A stretch of DNA of 64,000 bases from Dimorphilus gyrociliatus (Eukaryota; Animalia; Annelida): positions 124,001 to 188,000 of the forward strand of contig CAJFCJ010000011.1 in NCBI GenBank assembly GCA_904063045.1, given 5' to 3'. The notes beneath the pieces were generated by a model. The model had not been told where the DNA came from. It did no database searches and was given only the letters and a program-made list of their open reading frames with translations. This document shows positions 49,671 to 62,545 of the stretch, in pieces. The translations under genes were made by a program, and so were the position numbers. How positions within the stretch are numbered: position 1 is the first letter of the stretch; every line of letters begins with the position of its first letter.

Positions 49671-52600
49671 TTATCTTGTGAAATTCTTAAAAAAATTGCA
49701 TTCTCGCTCCATCTCTTGCAGTTTACATGCAAATACTGCAACTTTGCTCTTAAGTTTCGTATTTTCTTTTACTGTCTCTTTCATTTTTAATTTATATATA
49801 TCTAGATCAGTTGTTAATTGTTTTGTTGATTGAAGAAAGATACTCCTCTCTTTATCGTATAATCTTAACTTGCTACGAAGATCTTCTAGCATTTCACAAT
49901 CCTTTTTTGACGAAATGTTTTCTTGGGCATTTATCTTATATTTAAGATTTGATGCTTCGTTATAGTATTCCATCAGCTGAACTTCTAATGACTGAACATG
50001 AGCCTCTTGCGTATATGCACTTGATCTTAGCAAATGAATTTTCCTTTTCAATGATTTTACATTATTCTTCTCCTCTTCTAAAGATTTCTCCAACTGTTTT
50101 ATTTGTTCTTCACTGCTACTTTTACAAACTTTATCTTGATAATCAAGTTCTTTCTGATGTTTTAGCGTTTCTATATGCTTACAAGCCAAAAGTCTAGCAC
50201 GTATTTCTTGATGTAACCTATGCTTCAAAGATTCTATAGTTCTTTCGAAATGATAGTTTGATGTTGAAACAGCTTCCTTTGATTCTTCTAGTGCCAATTT
50301 TGACGCCTGACAAGTTTGTAAATCGGCTTTAGTTTTAAAAAGTTGTTCTTTAAGGTCTTCAATTTCATCTTTAGAAAGTTTCATTGTCTCCTCCAAACTT
50401 TTACGTAGCTTAATTAAATTCCTTTCGTCTTCTCTTTTATTTACTTCAAGTTGTTCTTTCAATTGTTTAACGTTTATAGAGAGTTTAGTATTCATTTCTA
50501 TGTTTTCATTCAATTTTATATTAGTTTCATTAGCTTGTTCTTTAAATAAGTTTATCTCATTTCTACAATCTTTTAATTCATTCTCAGATTGCAGCAATTG
50601 AAATTCAAGCTCTCTTCTTCCTTTAACTTCCAATTTTAATTGTTCTAACGAATGTTTATGCGATTGTAATTGAGAATTTTTAAAGTGTAATTGTTCACGT
50701 AGTTGTTCCATTTCATTTCTGACTTTATTCAACTTTTCACTTACAGCCTTCTTTTCCTTTTGGCTATATGTTAAATCATTTATGAAATCATTACGAATAC
50801 TTTCAAGAGTATGTTCAAATTTTAGTTGTTCAGCACCCAAGAGTTCTTCGCTGTTTCCTAATTTCTTCTCTGAGTTCTTTAACTTCTCCTCAAGTTTTTC
50901 TTTGTCAGCTTTTAATGCTTCTACGTTAAAAAATGCTTCTTTCAACTGCTGTTCTAATTTTGACATCTGCACTTCGTACAGTTTTATTTTATCAAATAGC
51001 TGTCCTTGCTGTTTCTCGTCTAATTTGTATTGTTCTCTCAAAGATAAATGATGGTCCTTTTCGTTGTTAAGCATCTGATGATATTTACTCAGATCTTTGT
51101 TTAGATTTTCTTGTATCGATTGTAGAAACGACACTTGATTATTTAGTTGATTTATAAGAGTTTTATGTTCGCCAATTTCCAACTGACTCCTTTCCAATTC
51201 GTTTCGTAGTTTATACACAATTGCTTCTAGACTAGATCTTCCTTCATTGGCTTTTTTAAGATTTTCAGAAAGCATTTCTTTCTCTTTTTCGGCCGCTTGC
51301 CATTGGCTATTGGATTGTCTTAATTCGGCTAGTAGCGAAGAATTTTTGTCCTGGCTATCATTATACAGTTTCTCAAATTCCAAGCATGATTTACGAGCAT
51401 CTCCAAGGCGTCGTGAATTTTCTTTAATATCAACTTGCATCCTCTGAATCATATCTGCTAAACGTTCATTATTTCGTTCTAAGGCTGATTTATCAGTTTC
51501 GCATTCATTGAGAATTGATTTAATATTTTCCAAATCGCACTTTAAATCGAAATTCTCCTTGTTCTTCGATTCAAATCCGTTTAAAATTTGTTCAATGTCT
51601 TCCTTACTCATCAAATCTTCTTCCTTCATTGTATGGAGCTTTGTGCTAATATCCTTTAAATTTAATTTAACAGTTTCCATCTTACTGGAAAATCTGGATG
51701 CTTCAATGGTTTTTTCATTAACTTTTTCCTCAATGATAAGTACTTTTGTTTGTAATATTCTATTATCATTTTTAAGAATTTCAACAGCTTCTTCATATTC
51801 CGTGTGAATCTTTGTAATTTTATTATTTAATTCTGTATCCTTATTTATTAATTTCGATTGATATTCCTTTAACATAGCTGATTCCTTATTTAATTCATTA
51901 GCTAAACGACGATTCTCATTTTTAACTTTAATCATTTGTTCTTCAGTTTCCGATAAGGTTTCATTTAATTTTTTAACTATTGCCATCAATTTAACCTTTT
52001 CAAAGTAGCACTTTTGTAATTCCCTGTCTAATTCAGTGGTTTTTATGGTACTTTTAACTAAATCTTGACGAGTACCTTCAAGTTCATTATATAAAGTTTC
52101 ATTTTCAACTTGTAATTGTTTATTTTTGATTTCAGCTTCTAATAATGCTTCAAAACTATTGTTCTTATTTTCTTGTAAACTGTTAATAAGGTGTTTGTCA
52201 AGATCTTGTTTCTTATCGTAAAGTAATCTTTTAAAATGGTCTGCTTTACTTTTTTCGCATTGGTATTTATTGGTAATTAATTTTAAATCGCCCATCAATT
52301 TATCAATTTGCTGTTCATAACCTTTTAAGTTATTTGTTTGGCTTAAATCGGGAATAAACTTGTACGACTCTAATGAGTTTTTTGATGGATTATCCAATAA
52401 ATCTTGTTTCGTTTCCCTCTGAAATGTTGCTGCTTCTGCAGACAATACAGCCATACTACGTTTAATATTATCGTTAAATTTAATTAATTCATCACGTGAA
52501 TATGTTAAATTAGATTTTAAAATGTCAAATTTTAATAAATTTCCATATTTATTATTTAATTTATCTCTAAAATTAGAATCTTTCAATAAATTAACAATTT

Positions 52601-53041
52601 CTTTGGGATTCTTATCAATAACTTTTCGAGTATTGACATCTTCATCAATTAAATCTTTTATATATTGATTTTCGAGTAGTGATGTTTGTAAGTTTGCATC
52701 ATTTTCAACAATATCTAATAGATTTTGATCTTTTAGAATAAAAATTAATAAATGATCCTTTGGTATTATCTTCTTTAGTTCGTCAATATCGAATTTAGTT
52801 TGAAAATCCTTTTTCCTACAATCTATGGGATTATCTTTATCAGTCATTTGATCATTATCAAATTCTTTATTTGGATCATTTTCATTGATTTCAGAATGTA
52901 CTTGCTATAAAAAAAATGGTATGAAGGAGAAAGCAAAAGAATTTTACTGTATATTATATATATATATAGTATATACTCTTCTTGAAGGCCTACCAAGCTT
53001 TCTTTTGCAGGTATATATTTGTCTTCAGGTTTAGAGGTCAT
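49671..53041 (-). CDS. Large coiled-coil protein (about 1095 aa), unassigned
   Basis: Short first exon MTSKPEDKYIPAKESL (53041-52991) splices in phase 0 to one exon of about 3.2 kb; heptad-rich K/E/L/Q composition throughout. Confidence 0.8.
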
Positions 53042-53879
53042 TATCCATATAAAGATTGTATAAGGGTTAATCTAACTTGACAAAGCTGTACATAAAGAGA
53101 GAAGGAATGTTTACTAATTTATTAACTTTATTAATTCCAAATTTCTAAATATTCATTCTTATTATTGCCTTCTTTTCTTTTATGAGAGAAAGGTATAAAT
53201 AGATAGGCACGTCGATAGATTAAAAAGAGATAATAGTAAGAATTAAAATATTCAAATTTAAATATTGAAAAAGGAACGTCAAAGTTTGCTTTTCCATATT
53301 TATAGAGCAATCTTCATAAACTAATAGTTTCTTCTTGAAAACCACTCGACTATATTAGAAGGAACTATCACGTAGAGATTGTCAATATTTCTTTCAGATT
53401 GAGTGAATATTGTAATCTAATTATATAAATAGTTAACAATCATTTAAATGAGATATTTCTGTTAATTAAAAAGAAAGTTTTAAAAGAATTTTTTGTAGAC
53501 AAATTCGATATTTCTTAGAAATATTCTCGAATATACGCAAAGGGTTGTGAAAGAACCACATGTTTTTTTTCGCTCGGTTCTTTGATATCGTTGGGAGATA
53601 GAGATGGAAGAGGTTCAATTCTTTTATAATATAAATTCTAAAAATAAATACGTACTTAATAAAAGTTGAAAAATATCGCGATAGTTTATTGCTTTATCTA
53701 TTTACTTTTTAATACATGTACGTTCATTGATTTTGAAAAGAATTCTGATTTTTGACATGTATCTAAGTCAACTATCTCATATAATTTACTCTTTTTAACA
53801 CTTTGTTAAAATTTTAGTATTTGGATTTAACGTTATTAAATATTGTTTACATTTATGCCAAAATCCTCGAAAATTTCAG

Positions 53880-54487
53880 CTTCTTTTCATAACGAATAGT
53901 AGCGAATCTCCATGGACAATTTCAGCTATAGACATTAGTACGGGAAGTCCTCTAGCAACTTATAGGAATGGAATATGTAGTGAGAATGCTTTCAATTTAG
54001 TAAATAATGAATATTTGGTGGGATCAAATAAGAATTTTATGTATATATGGAGACTACATCAAGAGGTAAAGTCCTTTTGTAAAAGCCTTTATTTTTTGTT
54101 TTAACAATGAAAATTAAAACTTTTTAGGGACCTGCCCAAAAGATATTCTTTAGGAATTCAATAAATTGCTTCGATATAACTCTAGATGGTAAATTTCTAA
54201 TTGCATGTTTAGGTGAAAAAATATCAGTTTTTGAGGTATAGAACAAAATACCAACTCAACAAAAATGAAATCTCATATCAATATTTAATCCTATGTATTT
54301 ATAGTTGTCTACTGGAAGCCAAATATGTAATTTATCTGCTCACTATTTGCCTATTAAAAAAATCAAATTAGCTCAAGACGATTCTTTTTTCGTTACCGTT
54401 GGTTCGGATTCTTTCGCTGTTCTTTGGACATTGAAAAAGTAATACATAAATAAATATATATACATATATAGTCTATATATCTTACAC

Positions 54488-54526
<39 letters not shown>

Positions 54527-55517
54527 ATTCAAATGTAATTAAAGCTAATAACTTAATCTTCTCAATTCTTCAATATATTTTTCAGTACCGCAAATGAAAC
54601 TCATCAAGAATACGAACTATGTCGATTGAATGGGCATAGTGGGGCAATAAATGATGTTTTTCTTTCACATGGAGGATTAAACTGTACAATTTACACTGCA
54701 TCATCCGATCACTCTTGTATTGTAAGATTTTAACAGTCTAATATAACATTGAAACATATTTCAATAAGTCATCTTTTTTACCTAGCTATGGAATACAAAA
54801 GGATCAGTATTAAAAAAAGTTGTTTGCCAAAATGCGTTACAATGTGTTACTGTTGACTGCCAAACTGGTGTTATTTATCTAGGCGATGCTAAAGGCAATA
54901 TCATATTGAATAAGGTACTCTTTAGAAATATATATTTGTGAGGTTGTTTTATAGTTTTTTCTTTTGCAGAATGATTCAACTGTATCAATAAAAGCCGCAA
55001 GGTGCGTTTCATTACTTTAAACTCGTATAAGTTTATACAGTATAATTTTTTATATTTATTTTTTTAAAGTTCTGAAATAAGATGCTTATCTTTAAATATC
55101 GATACATCTGTACTTGCTAGCGCAAGCACAGATAAAACTGTTAAACTCTGGAACAGTTCTCGAAAAGAAACCATTGATTGTATAAAAGTAATTACATTAA
55201 CAGGTATTAAATACTTTTATTGTTCAATTTATACTAAAATTGTAACTATGACTCTAATAGTAGAATATGAAATAAGTAACAATTTTACTTTCAGGATTTG
55301 CTACTAATTTACAATTTTTTATGGCTCCTTCCGGTTTGGGATTGAAGAAATCAAATTTAACATTGGAACCAATACCTATAGCTAAATCTATGCAGAGTTC
55401 TAAAGAAAATATGAACGTATTAACTAAAATAATAAATCAATCTGTAAGTTTAACATTCAGGAAGGCCTTTTAGAAAATCATTTTCACTAATCATGTTTTA
55501 TATCTGTTGATTAGAGC
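53880..55517 (+). CDS. WDR18: WD repeat protein 18 (IPI3-like), divergent
   Basis: About 9 short exons missed by the ORF track: PWTISAIDISTGSPLATYRNG..NNEYLVG; ..LSTGSQICNLSAHYLPIKKI..DDSFFVTVGSDS..LW; GHSGAINDV..GGL..IYTASSDHSC. First and last exon boundaries are unresolved. Confidence 0.75.
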
Positions 55518-55741
55518 TAAAAAAGAAAGCGAAGATATGTTAAAAGAATATTTGGCTATATTTTTTTATAAACATTTATTGCAAATCTATTCAAAAAGTT
55601 GTAAAGATCTTCATTAAAAGATTATATGTAGATATTCTAAGGAAAGTATAGAAGTAAATTGTGAAAACTCATATAATAAATTACAAAAAATTTGTTGAAA
55701 CATTAAAAATGATATTATGTATCAATTAAGGCCACGATAGA

Positions 55742-56065
55742 TTAACAATTGTCAATAGTTCTAAAGCAGTAGTCTGTTTTTTTGAAGCAGATGCTGGTAA
55801 TCTGCATCGTAAAGAGTCTTTGTCTCAAATTCCAGATGGTTTCCATTGATTTACTGCTCTTGTCTCCTGTTGAGCACTGTTCAATTTTTTTTTCACATGA
55901 TCTTTTTCCCCCTACTATTTCCCATACTTCATCTATATCTTGAATATTTATCAAAGTGCTCCATATTTCTATTGAAAGGGCAAACACTAGTAAAACAACT
56001 ACGTCTCGAAATGTCTTAGAACGAACAGGAGTGCTTATGTTGCAGTGTCTTCTAGTTACTATCAA
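55742..56065 (-). CDS. Possible hypothetical ORF or exon (107 codons)
   Basis: Open for 321 nt in very AT-rich DNA, with one hydrophobic stretch; no ATG start and no recognised domain. Confidence 0.25.
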   Translation of the reverse strand: MIVTRRHCNISTPVRSKTFRDVVVLLVFALSIEIWSTLINIQDIDEVWEIVGGKRSCEKKIEQCSTGDKSSKSMETIWNLRQRLFTMQITSICFKKTDYCFRTIDNC

Positions 56066-58120
56066 CCTAATGCTAATTTTTTTCAGTAATTTGATTGCAG
56101 TTTTATAAGCCTAGTTCAAGGTTGGCGTTAGCCTATTAATCATGCTTTGAATATCAAAGAGTCTTACATTATAGTAAGAAAAATTTATTATTTCAAAAAC
56201 CTTGAACAAACTTGACAAACAGAAAACGTATCCATAAATATGAGATATAGAGTAAGTTTTTCACAAACAAAAATTTATATATATATATATATCGATTAAA
56301 GTTTAGCCTGTATTTGCAGTAGGATCGTTAAGTTTAGAATTTGATTGTAGATAGATAGTTAAATAATCTTTATCAACTATCTGAGCAACAATCAAAATTT
56401 AACTAAACGACTAAAATGTAATTTAATTAATCGTTGAATAAAGCATTAAATTTGAATGTGATAGCTTTTCAAATTTGTTTGAAAGGAAGTGTCTGAAAAA
56501 GATAAGAAATGAAATATTTATATGTACGAATATCATTGTTATCTACTGATAGATTATATATATAATGTATATTTAATGCTATTTAAAGATAACGTCTGTA
56601 ATTATTGAAAGATATAGTAACTAAATGTTAAAATATGGCAATAATTTAAAAAGAAAAATTACCTTATAAAATTCAATTTGTAGTAATATTTCTTATTTCT
56701 TAGGCTCTAATGTCTATTTGCATAGAGTTGACTTAAAGTATGTTAAACATTCTTTTCCTGACGGTGTTCGAATTTAAAATAGCTAGGTGTGCATACATCT
56801 GTAGACGTCAGCTTGTGTACACGTGACGTGCTCCGTGGCGTCGTTCGATTCTTTTTCTCTCTATTTCCTATCCCCTAGTTATCTCTGGTTATAGAATCCT
56901 TTATATTACATCTACACTATATATATATATATATATTGTATATTTGTAATTTAATACATAGATGTATTTTCATTACTTCGTATCATTTTCAAAAGTTTTA
57001 TATACTAACTTATGTTTCCTTTACATTGTTTCTCTTTTTAACGATGCATAATAATACAGTCCATTCGTCGTTCCTTACTCTCTTCTTCTTCTTCTGTTAG
57101 CTTTTCCGTTATTCTAACATAGTGCGTCTAAGGTAGGAAAATAAAAAAAAACAACAAGAACAACGCAAGGAAAGTATTAGATAAACCTTTTATCAACATT
57201 CCTATTTTTTTCAATATAGTCCACCTTAAAAAATATTGAAGTAAAAGTTCACGCGAAAAGCTAAATCAAATAAAAAAAAACTCTTATAAGTTCAAAATGG
57301 CGTAGAATCAATATTATTTTTTTTTTTGGTTAAAAATTTCTACTAAAACAAGTTTAATGTTAAATTATCCTTAGAGATTATTATTCTTAATTATTGTCTA
57401 ATTTGTCTAATTATCAAATTCCATGACTTACTTATTAAACTATTATAGGTGGCGATTGATTAGGTAATTCTCTTTAATTGGAATAAGGGTAAGGAGACAT
57501 ACATTTTTCGCATTAATGTTTATCCCATAAACGATTTATTAAATTATATTTAAGCCTATAGAAAATGTTACGTAATACTTTAAGTATTTTGTATTAGAGC
57601 TTAGATATCGATTTTTTTTTGTAGTTTTACTTTAAGCTAAACTGATGATGACTATGGTTATTATGCTATTTAATCATATAATTGAATAGTGAATTTTGTA
57701 CTGTCTTGTCAGAGCTTAGCAAAGTTTATAGTTTGAATTTATATACTTTTTTTAAAAAACACTTTCTTTTAACGTTGTTCATGCTATGCTATGTTTAATA
57801 ATCAAATGCTAGAAACATGTAGTATTTAAAATTGGCGCCATTTTGTTAAATTTCCAAGCGCGGTGTCCGAAATATAGAATGTTATTTCGCTACACATACT
57901 ACAACAACAATTACTTCGTAAACAATAGCATTTTACAAAATTTGCTAGATTTTAATTGACTATTCTACTTAATAAATTTTGTTATTTTTGTAAAGATTAT
58001 TTGTAACTTTTAAAAGTTTTAGTAAGATTTCTGAGCTCGAGATAAAATGTTGTAATATTCGAATACAATGCGTCAGTGAACCGCAATTTTTCTTCGATTT
58101 ATCATTAACTAGGGATAATT

Positions 58121-61100
58121 ATGGCCAAGGATTCAAAGTAAGTATTCAAGGAAATAATTTTTGTTTGATTTATATAAGTTTCATTGCTAAAAACTTACTA
58201 TGAACATAGATCTTCGAGGAAACGTTCACGGTCTCGTTCTCACTCTCATAGTCCTAAGCGTTCAAGACGCTCAAGAAGTCGCTCAAGAAATAGGAGACGT
58301 AAAGATGATGCTTCATCACCTGATCGAAGACGTAGGAGATCAAAATCACGAGAGAGACGAGGCAGACGAAGATCACGTAGTCCGAGACGCCGGAGACGAT
58401 CCCATAGTCGATCCCGAAGTCGTGAAAACCGAGAAAGTCGCGAAAATCGTGAAAATCGTGATAGACGTTCAAGAAGCAGAAGTATAAATCGTAGAAGAAC
58501 CGGTAAGGACTATAGTCCCGAAAAAACATCTCCACCTCCTGTAAAATCTTCAAATTGGGACATCGGGGGTCCCGAAGAACGTAAGAAGAAGGAAAGTCTA
58601 GCAAAAGGTAGTGAAGGAGCCACTGTTATTAAAGAAGCCATTACTGAGGGTCAAGTTGACAAAGATGAAGAGCAAAAGCGTTTAGAAGAAGAAATGAAAA
58701 AAAGGCGGGAAAGAATAGAGAGATGGAGAGCTGAACGTAAAAAGAAGCCAGATGTTCCTGAAGTACTACAAACTGCAAAAAAATGGACCCTAGAAGATGA
58801 CGATGATGATGACGAGGAGGGTAATGGAGAGAAGAAAGAAGAGGAAAAGAAGGAAAATGGTGAAGAAACTCTGGAGGTAAAAAAAGACGAGCCACCTCAG
58901 AAAGAGGCGGAAGAGGAAGAAGAAGAAGAAGAAGACCCATTGGAACTTTATATGCAATCAGTTCAGAATGAAGTGAAAATGATTGAAAAGCAAGATCTAA
59001 AAAATTCTAAAGTAACGGTTATCAAAGCAGTAGCACGACCCAAGAAGAAACGAGGGGAGTTGATGGAGAGTAACGCTGACATGATGGAATACTCCTCGGA
59101 AGAAGATGAGGAGGATTTAAATGATGCAATGGCCGGTTTAAGGAATAAAAAGAAGGAACTGGTAATGGTTGATCATAGTAAAATCTATTATAGGCCCTTC
59201 CGTAAAGACTTTTATGTTGAGGTACCTGAACTGCAGAGAATGACCAGTGAAGAAGTTGAGCAATATAGGCAACAACTGGAAGGTATAAAAATCAGAGGTA
59301 AGCATTGTCCTAAACCAATTAAAAATTGGGCTCAAGCTGGCGTATCAAAGAGAGTCATGGAAAGCTTGAAAAAGAATAGCTTTGATAAACCAACTCCAAT
59401 TCAATCACAAGCTATTCCGGCTGTTATGAGCGGTAGAGATCTAATAGGAATTGCTAAAACTGGTAGTGGTAAAACACTAGCTTTTATTATTCCAATGTTT
59501 CGTCATATTCTTGATCAAGAGCCTCTTGATGACGAGGACGGGCCAATTGCAATAGTACTCACTCCTACTCGAGAATTAGCTATGCAGATTGTCAAAGAAT
59601 GCAAGAAATTTACAAAAAATCTTAACTTGAGAGCTGTTGCAGTTTATGGTGGAACTGGTATTTCCGAACAAATTGCAGAATTGAAAAAAAAGTGCGAAAT
59701 AGTAGTTTGTACACCTGGTAGAATGATTGATATGTTAGCTGCCAATGGTGGTAGGGTAACAAACTTAAGGAGAATTACTTATGTTGTTCTAGACGAAGCC
59801 GACAGAATGTTTGATATGGGTTTTGAACCTCAAGTTATGCGTATAATAGACAATGTCAGACCCGATAGGCAAACTGTTATGTTCTCAGCCACATTTCCCC
59901 GCCAAATGGAAGCTCTGGCCAGGAGAATATTAAATAAACCATTGGAAATCCAGGTGGGAGGAAGAAGTGTAGTTTGTGCAGAAGTCACACAGCATGTGTT
60001 GGTTCTGGAAGAAGACACAAAATTTCTCAAGCTGTTGGAATTGTTAGGAATTTATCAAGAGGAAGGTTCAGTTCTTGTTTTTGTTGATAAACAAGAAAAT
60101 GCTGATGACTTGATGAAAGTATTATTGAAACATTCCTATCCCTGCATGTCCTTACATGGAGGTATAGATCAATATGATCGAGACTCTATCATTGTTGACT
60201 TCAAGAATGGATCTATCAGACTATTAGTTGCTACCTCTGTAGCGGCTAGGGGATTGGACGTGAAGCAATTAAATTTGGTAGTGAACTACGACGCACCGAA
60301 CCATTATGAAGATTACGTTCACAGATGTGGCAGGACCGGTAGGGCGGGAAATAAAGGTTTCGCATATACTTTTATAACTAGGGATCAAGCGAGACACGCA
60401 GGAGATATAATTAAGGCTTTAGAACTCTCAAGTAGCAAAGTTCCAGATGATCTGAGGGAATTATGGGACGACTATAAAAGAGAACAGGAAGCCCAAGGGC
60501 GAACCGTAAAATCTAAGTCCGGTTTTGGCGGGAAAGGATTTAAATTTGACGAGTCTGAAGCGCAAGCTGTTGAAGAGAAGAAAAAATTGCAAAAGAAAGC
60601 CTTGGGCTTGCAAGACTCAGATGATGAAGACGTTAGTGAAGATATTGAGCAGCAGATTGAAGACATGTTTCAATCGAAAAGACGAGTTACTGATGTCAGC
60701 ACACCCGCTGTTACTACTGCTCCTGCAGCAACTCCCACTCCTCAAACTACAACTCAAAAGACTGCTAATATAGACAAGTTGCAATTAGCGAAAGAATTGG
60801 CTAATAAAATCAATGCGCAAAAGAAACCAGCAGAAGCCGGAGACCTCTCCCAGCAAAAAGCAACGGCTGCTTTCCTGAAAGATGGTGTTATTCAACCTAT
60901 CTTATCATCAAAGACATATGCGGAGAGAATAGCTGCTAATTTGAATGCTAAACTAGGCTATTCACCTTCCGAGGGTGCGGCAATAAGAGCAATGGCCGAC
61001 GATGAGAAGGATGGAGCATTCAAAAAGTATGAAGAAGAACTGGAAATAAATGACTTTCCCCAATCGGCCAGATGGAAAGTTACATCTAAGGAAGCTCTCG

Positions 61101-61333
61101 CTCAAATTATGGAATATAGCGATGCCGGCATAACGGTTAGAGGAACTTATGTTCCAACAGGGAAAAATCCTCCAGAAGATGAAAGAAAGCTATACTTAGC
61201 AATAGAAGCCACAACAGAGTTGGCGATTCAAAAAGCTAGAAAAGAGGTTACTCGTTTAATAAAGGAAGAACTTCTAAGGTTATCTACATCATCTGGTCAG
61301 ACTATAAATAAAGGAAGATACAAAGTTCTTTAG
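58121..61333 (+). CDS. DDX46: DEAD-box RNA helicase DDX46 / Prp5
   Basis: Exon 1 58121-58137 (MAKDSK), 72-nt phase-2 intron 58138-58209, then one exon. RS domain, PTPIQSQAIP, AKTGSGKT, PTRELA, DEAD, SAT, HRCGRTGR, and C-terminal ELEINDFPQ.ARW.VT. Confidence 0.97.
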
Positions 61334-61716
61334 GTTGTTGTCTTTATATATGAATATATATAAATACTGGTATATAAGAATGTATATACAGTATATATAT
61401 ATGTATATATAGAAGTTTTATATATGTATGTATCAATATTTAAATATATACATGTATATGTATGTTTCAATAAAGAAAATATTTCAATTTTTACCATATA
61501 AACAAGAAGTGTATTACCAACATTAAAACATCTGACGGAAAAGAATTTATCTAATTATACCGAAATGATAAGCCAAAAGCAGGTGTTTTTACTCGATTTT
61601 GTTGGATCCTTCTTTAAACAATAGTCTGATTAATGCTTGTCTTTTAAATTAAAAGAGTAGCAAAATGTTATCGTTTTAATGGATTGAGCAATATATTATC
61701 AATTATTCGTATTGAA

Positions 61717-61730
61717 AAGAGAGAGAGAGA

Positions 61731-61759
<29 letters not shown>
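61717..61759. repeat. Compound (GA)n(GT)n microsatellite
   Basis: Direct read; lies between the convergent DDX46 and basigin-like genes. Confidence 0.9.
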
Positions 61760-61764
<5 letters not shown>

Positions 61765-62421
61765 GACAAAATGATAGGAAATAGAAAGAAAGAAAAAGAT
61801 AAATTTAGTAGTGTTAGTAGAATAAGAAAATAATAGGAAGATACTGCATAAAAAGTTAATTAAAGACAAATATGAAATAAGTGAGTTAATTTATTTGCAT
61901 ATATTATTGGCACATTCAGCAAAAAAAATAACTTCTAACAAGAAAAACTATTATCACTATTTATCATGGTTTGTTATCTTTTTATTATTATTTAAGTAAA
62001 TTTTTAATCATTTAAGCATTATTGTCATTATTATTATTAAAATGGTAATGTAAGAGTGGTAATATTTATCGTTATTATTACATTATTACTGTCAAACGTC
62101 TTTACAACGCTATGCAAAGTTTTAAATGTTAACACTTTTCTAGTTTTTTTTTTCTTTTCCTTATTTTTTACGATTAATACAGAAATACATTAACTTCTTC
62201 TTATCTATAAGTTTCAAATAAATACTTTCAGACGTGTCTAAAACGCTAATTGTCGGAAGAGAGAGAAAAGAGTCAGCTGTGAAGACTTTCCATCATTCTC
62301 CAAAAACTTTTCAAAGGTTCCATACTATGAGGAAAGATAGACAGAGAGACAGAGAAATATAGTTATTAACTATATATAAATTAACTTATAAAGAGAAAGT
62401 TTAAGTGTAGCGATACATATG

Positions 62422-62461
<40 letters not shown>

Positions 62462-62545
62462 TAGAGAGAAAGAGAGATAGAGAAAAGAGAAAATGTAGAA
62501 TTTAGAGTTCCATTGTCTTCTCATCACGTGCAGATAAAAGAAAAT

